From NCBI GenBank assembly GCA_964593705.1, contig CAZQIV010000018.1:586-64585 (forward strand): 64,000 nt of DNA. The letters are read 5' to 3'. The DNA comes from an uncultured Lentimicrobiaceae bacterium. GTDB taxonomy: Bacteria > Bacteroidota > Bacteroidia > Bacteroidales > 4484-276. The notes beneath the pieces are model-generated. The model worked only from the letters and a program-made list of their open reading frames with translations. It was not told where the DNA came from and searched no databases. The position numbers were made by a program, and so were the translations under genes. This document shows, in pieces, positions 59,382 to 64,000 of this stretch; position 1 is the stretch's first letter; each line of letters begins with the position of its first letter.

Positions 59382-61037
59382 TTAGTTTTTTAACAGCTCT
59401 TGTGCTGTTTGTAAGGCCGAACTGCTAATTTTTGTATCGGAAAGCATCTTGGCAATTTCTACAACCCTGTCTTTTTCTGAAAGAAGTTTTACATAGGTGG
59501 TGGTCGAATTTTCGTCAGAGTCTTTAGTTACAAGGTAATGATGTTGGCCACGCGCTGCAATTTGTGGTAAATGTGTAATCGAAATTACCTGTATTTCTTT
59601 GGCCAATGTTTGCATTATTGCAGCCATTTTACCTGCAATTTCCCCTGATACTCCACTATCGATTTCATCAAAAATAATTGATGAAACAAGGTTTCCTGTT
59701 GCAATTTGCGATTTAATGGCAAGCATCAGCCTTGATAATTCTCCACCTGAAGCAACCTTTGCCATTTCCTGCAATTCGCCACCTTTATTGGCATTAAACA
59801 TAAAACTAACCCTGTCGGCACCATTATGGGCAAGCCCTTCGGTTTTTTGAAGTTTTAACAAAATTTTCGCATCAGGCATACCAAGTCCTAAAATTTTCGC
59901 GGTAATCTGAGATTCAATATCCGGAATTGCATGTTTCCTTTTCGTGCTCAACTCAGAAGCCATATTGGTGAGTTGACTCTTAATTTTGGCAAGTTGTTGT
60001 TCTACTGCTTGAATTTCGTTTGATACAGATTGATGCTGTTCAATTTTTTCGAGGTAATTATCCTTGATTTTAATTAATTCATCAATTCCATTTACCCGGT
60101 GCTTTTGCTCCAGGTGATAAATTAAATTGATGCGCTCGCTTAGTTCTTCGGTTCGTTGTGGATTTACTTCAATTTTATCATCAATTTTCATGAGCTCCCT
60201 CGCTACATCCGAAAATTCAACATAAGTGCTTTCAATCCTGGAATACATTTCTGTTAGTTCACGTGAAATGTTTTTTACCGGTTTAATTTCAGATAAGATA
60301 TTATCGAATATGGAAGTCATTCCGTGTTCACCCTCAATCAGGTTCGACACAGATGATAACCTGGTTTTTATTTCACCGGCATTGTTGAGCACTTTCAATT
60401 CTTCTTCTATCTCCTCTTGTTCACCGGTTTTCAATTCAGCCTTTTCGATCTCTTCATATTGAAACTTGAAAAAATCCTGTTCCGTTTCTGAAATTTTTTC
60501 GCTTTGCCTGAGCAGTTCCAGTTTTGATGTGAGCTGTTGATATTGAGCAAATATTTTTGAATAACTTTCCAGGAGTTGTCCATTTTTACAGAAATGATCA
60601 ACTACTGCAAGTTGGAAGGATGAACTTTGTAATAAAGTTGTGCTGTTTTGTGAGTGCAAATCAAGCACCTGGTCGGCCAATTCGCGAAGCTGGGCAAGGC
60701 TTACCGGTGAATCGTTGATGAAAGCTCTTGATTTACCGGATGGAAGTATTTCACGACGTAATATTGTGTTATCAGGATCAAAATCGAGATCGTTTTGCGA
60801 AAAAAAACTTTCGAACTTTTTTTTATTCACACTAAATAATCCCTCAACAACACATTTTTCCGATTTATTTTTGAGCGATTGCAAATCGGCTCTCTTACCA
60901 AGAATTAACGAAATTGCACCAATTACAATTGATTTTCCTGCTCCGGTTTCGCCTGTCATCACCGAAAATCCCTCAAAAAAATCTACTTCAAGATCATCGA
61001 TGAGTGCAAAATTCTTTATCAATAAATGTTTTATCAA
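59382..61037 (-). CDS. recN: DNA repair protein RecN
   Basis: L.IKNFALIDDLEVDF..GFSVMTGETGAGKS (Walker A), a long coiled coil, and a C-terminal SGGELSR signature followed by IFDEIDSG (Walker B). The start codon is TTG. Confidence 0.95.
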   Translation of the reverse strand: MIKHLLIKNFALIDDLEVDFFEGFSVMTGETGAGKSIVIGAISLILGKRADLQSLKNKSEKCVVEGLFSVNKKKFESFFSQNDLDFDPDNTILRREILPSGKSRAFINDSPVSLAQLRELADQVLDLHSQNSTTLLQSSSFQLAVVDHFCKNGQLLESYSKIFAQYQQLTSKLELLRQSEKISETEQDFFKFQYEEIEKAELKTGEQEEIEEELKVLNNAGEIKTRLSSVSNLIEGEHGMTSIFDNILSEIKPVKNISRELTEMYSRIESTYVEFSDVARELMKIDDKIEVNPQRTEELSERINLIYHLEQKHRVNGIDELIKIKDNYLEKIEQHQSVSNEIQAVEQQLAKIKSQLTNMASELSTKRKHAIPDIESQITAKILGLGMPDAKILLKLQKTEGLAHNGADRVSFMFNANKGGELQEMAKVASGGELSRLMLAIKSQIATGNLVSSIIFDEIDSGVSGEIAGKMAAIMQTLAKEIQVISITHLPQIAARGQHHYLVTKDSDENSTTTYVKLLSEKDRVVEIAKMLSDTKISSSALQTAQELLKN

Positions 61038-61062
61038 TGCAGTAGCGTGTTACATTAAATGA

Positions 61063-61070
61063 CAAAAATA
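61063..61070 (-). promoter_or_regulatory. candidate -7 box TATTTTTG (TAnnTTTG)
   Basis: Exact minus-strand motif match 26 nt upstream of the recN start. Confidence 0.3.
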
Positions 61071-61112
61071 TGGAAATTAAAAGAGGAAAAAGGAAAGAAA
61101 AAAAATGGATCG

Positions 61113-62018
61113 TTAATTTTGACCTATAATTTTTTGATAATCATTGGCATGTGAGGGGTCAATTTCCTTGAGAATATTCACAGCTTTGGTTTTATCCATG
61201 GGAGCAGCGTCAGAAAAAATATTGATAAACTCATCACGTTTGGCTTCCATAAAAAGCTGCATTGCAAACAAACGCGGTTTTTCGCGATGCGCACGCTGCA
61301 AAAGCTCCAGGGCATCCATAATACCCTGCCTCCCATTTTCGACATTGTCGTACATCAAATCGAGACCAAGACGGTGAAAGGTATAATTTGCCTTACGGAT
61401 ATTGCTATAGGATGAATTGTTGTAATTTTCGGCTAACCAGTAACGGTTTTTCATGCTCTCGAAAGCTTTCCAGCCCGACTCACGGGCGCTTTGAGCAGTA
61501 TTAACAACGTTTTGTGCCTTGTCGAAATATGGTGAACCTCCCATACTTTTAAAGGAATCATAATCCAAACCTAAAAACATATAAATGTAAAATGCAATGG
61601 TTGAGGTAAGGTTTGAAGAAAAAGAATTATCACTGTAATCGATGGGCTGCCCCTCCTGCCACTGAAACTGAAAGTCGTTATCGATATAATTAAATACCGT
61701 TGAATTGTAGGAAGTTCCAAAAACAGGCCGTTTCAACACCAGGTTTATTCTGCCCCGAAACTCATCCGACGACAATTCCTCCATGATGGTTATGCCAATG
61801 GTGCATTCGATACGCTCATCAATTTTATACGAAAATTGTGTCCAGTGTCTGTCGTTCACAAATTCATAAAGTCCCTTTCTGAGTTCATTAAACTTTTCAC
61901 GGTTCGACTGCTGAACTTGTGGTGCTGATACCTGCACCGATGCATTAAATTCCTGTGCTGTAACAAGTCCGGAAAATATGAATATTAAAAAGAAAGAAAG
62001 ATAATATTTAGTCATTAT
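61113..62018 (-). CDS. DUF4835 family protein (conserved Bacteroidota neighbour of recN/coaBC)
   Basis: Signal peptide MTKYYLSFFLIFIFSGLVTAQ. The start is moved to 62018, which removes the overlap with coaBC. The family was assigned from synteny and memory. Confidence 0.6.
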   Translation of the reverse strand: MMTKYYLSFFLIFIFSGLVTAQEFNASVQVSAPQVQQSNREKFNELRKGLYEFVNDRHWTQFSYKIDERIECTIGITIMEELSSDEFRGRINLVLKRPVFGTSYNSTVFNYIDNDFQFQWQEGQPIDYSDNSFSSNLTSTIAFYIYMFLGLDYDSFKSMGGSPYFDKAQNVVNTAQSARESGWKAFESMKNRYWLAENYNNSSYSNIRKANYTFHRLGLDLMYDNVENGRQGIMDALELLQRAHREKPRLFAMQLFMEAKRDEFINIFSDAAPMDKTKAVNILKEIDPSHANDYQKIIGQN

Positions 62019-62055
62019 TGCAAAGTTTAATTTGATTTGCAAATACTCAAAATGC

Positions 62056-63252
62056 TTAGAGCAGCTCGGAAATTTTATCAAGAATGTCTCCGGCAACTTC
62101 TTTTTTTGATTTTAAATGATAGTTGCTAACCTTACGGTTTTTATCAATTATCGTGATTTTGTTTGTACTAACGCCAAACCCGGCACCACTATCTTTAAGA
62201 GAGTTTAAAACGATTAGATCAAGATTTTTATTATCGAGTTTTATGCCGGCATTCTGCAACTCATTTTCGGTTTCAAGTGCAAAGCCAACCAGAACCTGAT
62301 TTTTAGATTTTTGTTTACCGAGTGTAGCCAGGATATCTATGGTTGGTTTGAGATGAATTTCTTTTTTATCAGCGGATTTTTTAATTTTCTGAGGTGCAAC
62401 ATTTTCAGGAGTGAAATCTGCAACAGCAGCAGCCATAATGGTTACATCAGCTTTTATGAACTTTGCCGAAACAGCCTCGTACATTTCCCGGGCCGAAATG
62501 ACATCGATTTTTTCAATACCTGAAACAGAAAGCTTCAAATCTGTCGGGCCGGACACAAGTGTTACTTTTGCCCCCCTGTTAGCAGCCTCTTCGGCCAAAG
62601 AATAACCCATCAACCCTGAAGAATAATTCCCGATAAATCTAACGGGATCAATAGCTTCGTGGGTAGGGCCGGCTGAAATTAGAAAATGTTTTCCACTTAG
62701 TGATTCACTTTTCCTGAAATAAGCAAACAAAACTTCAACAATATTTTCCGGCTCTTCCATTCTGCCGGCACCAGTTAAACCACTGGCCAGTTCACCTGTT
62801 TGTGGTTCGATAAGTTTATCGCCCCGATTCACAAGTTTTTCGATATTTTCGGAAGTCGTGGGATGCTTATACATATCGAGATCCATTGCAGGTGCAACAA
62901 ACACCGGGCATTTGGCCGACAAATAAGTTGTAACTAAAAGGTTATCCGCCATTCCTGAGGCCATCTTACTAAGTGTAGCCGCCGATGCAGGTGCAATCAA
63001 CATCAAATCGGCCCATAGCCCCATGTCAACATGGCTGTTCCATGTACCATCTTTTTGATCAAAAGGAAAGGTAAGGGCGGGAAGTTTTGAAAGGGTTGAA
63101 AGGGTTAAAGGTGTTACAAAATCCCTTGCGTTCGGGGTAAGGATAACCTGAACCTCAGCGCCTTCTTTTATAAGAAGCCGTACAAGATAAGGAATTTTGA
63201 AAGCTGCAATGCTCCCTGTAATTCCTATTATTATTTTTTTGCCGGCGAGCAC
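62056..63252 (-). CDS. coaBC: bifunctional phosphopantothenoylcysteine decarboxylase / phosphopantothenate-cysteine ligase
   Basis: The N-terminal flavoprotein motif KKIIIGITGSIAAFK and the C-terminal DFP ligase motifs (ISAGPTHE.IDPVR.I.N.SSG) are present. Confidence 0.95.
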   Translation of the reverse strand: MLAGKKIIIGITGSIAAFKIPYLVRLLIKEGAEVQVILTPNARDFVTPLTLSTLSKLPALTFPFDQKDGTWNSHVDMGLWADLMLIAPASAATLSKMASGMADNLLVTTYLSAKCPVFVAPAMDLDMYKHPTTSENIEKLVNRGDKLIEPQTGELASGLTGAGRMEEPENIVEVLFAYFRKSESLSGKHFLISAGPTHEAIDPVRFIGNYSSGLMGYSLAEEAANRGAKVTLVSGPTDLKLSVSGIEKIDVISAREMYEAVSAKFIKADVTIMAAAVADFTPENVAPQKIKKSADKKEIHLKPTIDILATLGKQKSKNQVLVGFALETENELQNAGIKLDNKNLDLIVLNSLKDSGAGFGVSTNKITIIDKNRKVSNYHLKSKKEVAGDILDKISELL

Positions 63253-63253
63253 T

Positions 63254-63607
63254 TTATTCTATGATGTCGTTTGAGATTTTATTTTGGGCTTCTTTTGATG
63301 GATTCCTATAATAAATTTGATCATCCAAAAACTCCTGGATAGCCATCAATGTAGGTTTTGGAAGCCTTTCATAAAATTTTGCGATTTCGATTTGCTCACG
63401 ATTTTCAAAAATTTCTTCAAGGTTATCACTTGATGTTGCAAATTCTGATACTTTTTTATTCAACTCTTCTTTCAATTCAAGAGATATTTGATTTGCCCTT
63501 TTTGACAACATTGCTGTTGTTTCGTAAACATTTTCTGTACCCCTGTTAAAATCGTTCATTCTGCGTGTTACAGCAGTTGTATCTGTTTTAATTTTCTTGT
63601 AATCCAT
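63254..63607 (-). CDS. rpoZ: DNA-directed RNA polymerase subunit omega (Bacteroidota type)
   Basis: The length of about 117 aa, the NVYETTAMLSKRANQI core, and the position between coaBC and bamD all fit. Confidence 0.7.
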   Translation of the reverse strand: MDYKKIKTDTTAVTRRMNDFNRGTENVYETTAMLSKRANQISLELKEELNKKVSEFATSSDNLEEIFENREQIEIAKFYERLPKPTLMAIQEFLDDQIYYRNPSKEAQNKISNDIIE

Positions 63608-63621
63608 ATACTATAAGTTGT

Positions 63622-64000
63622 TTAAAGTTCTTCAAATCCTGATGTGCGTAATTTTTCTTCCACTTTATCGTGCAATCTTTCCACATCTGTTACATATTCA
63701 CTCTCCGGGTAAAGCGCGATAAAATCAAAATAGGCCTTCACCGAATTTTCGAATCTTTCTTTCTTTTTGTCTTCAATGCTCTTAATTGCATAACTATAAT
63801 ATGCCGTAATAATATTGTACAACACATCCTCCTTGAACTCGGTATCGGGGAAATCTTTCAACAAGTTTTCATAAGATATGATAGCTGCCCGGTAATCTTC
63901 CATTTTAAAATAGAGATTTGCAATATTATAGGATTTCTTTTCGAGCTTGTCCCTAAGTTCAATAATTAATTCAGTAGCTTCAACGGCCTTTTCTCCATAA
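63622..64000 (-). CDS. bamD: outer-membrane protein assembly factor BamD (TPR lipoprotein), 5' end outside window
   Basis: The frame is open to the window edge. TPR-like repeats (YRAAIISYENLLKDFPDTEFKEDVLY) and conserved synteny support the call. Confidence 0.7.
   Translation of the reverse strand, partial: YGEKAVEATELIIELRDKLEKKSYNIANLYFKMEDYRAAIISYENLLKDFPDTEFKEDVLYNIITAYYSYAIKSIEDKKKERFENSVKAYFDFIALYPESEYVTDVERLHDKVEEKLRTSGFEEL

Overview
AT-rich chromosomal segment with Bacteroidota hallmarks: T9SS C-terminal sorting domains, BACON and FISUMP domains, GxxExxY genes, TAnnTTTG -7 boxes, and the bamD-rpoZ-coaBC-DUF4835-recN order. No rRNA, tRNA, CRISPR, transposase, integrase or phage gene was recognised. 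All coordinates and counts were worked out by hand, so domain boundaries inside the giant gene are approximate. Layout, left to right: (1) cydA (partial), cydB and an untracked 41-codon CydX-like ORF. (2) A signal-peptide/T9SS thioredoxin-fold gene whose only interruption is a TGA at the first Cys of the CxxC motif, a UxxC selenoprotein candidate. (3) A tetR, LolA-like, two FtsX-permease and ABC-ATPase operon whose intergenic spacers are filled with unusual simple-sequence arrays, including 33 perfectly phased heptamers in a 257-nt G-free tract. (4) A GxxExxY gene nested between about 100-bp direct repeats. (5) A minus-strand three-gene operon: polytopic membrane protein, leaderless SH3b-subtilase, and a 665-aa secreted protein with a barrel-like C-terminus. 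(6) A 25,008-nt minus-strand frame (16662..41669) for a T9SS mega-protein, with a signal peptide, 8 FG-GAP repeats, 10 beta-sandwich+FISUMP units, 2 LamG, PKD, beta-helix, an unassigned core, about 17 BACON-like repeats and a T9SS CTD. It is broken by a single in-frame TAA at 40125..40127. (7) htpG and a TPM-domain gene. (8) A PspA-centred yjfIJKLM-like operon ending in a membrane spermidine-synthase-like gene, followed by a short upstream ORF, an AdoMetDC-like gene and a K+ channel. (9) A second GxxExxY cassette, then GYD, FRG and OmpA/TSP3 genes. (10) Housekeeping genes: GT4, fabI, recN, coaBC, rpoZ, bamD (partial). Many intergenic regions carry GC-rich YCCCGR-loop-YCGGGR hairpins, hairpin trains and dispersed repeats.
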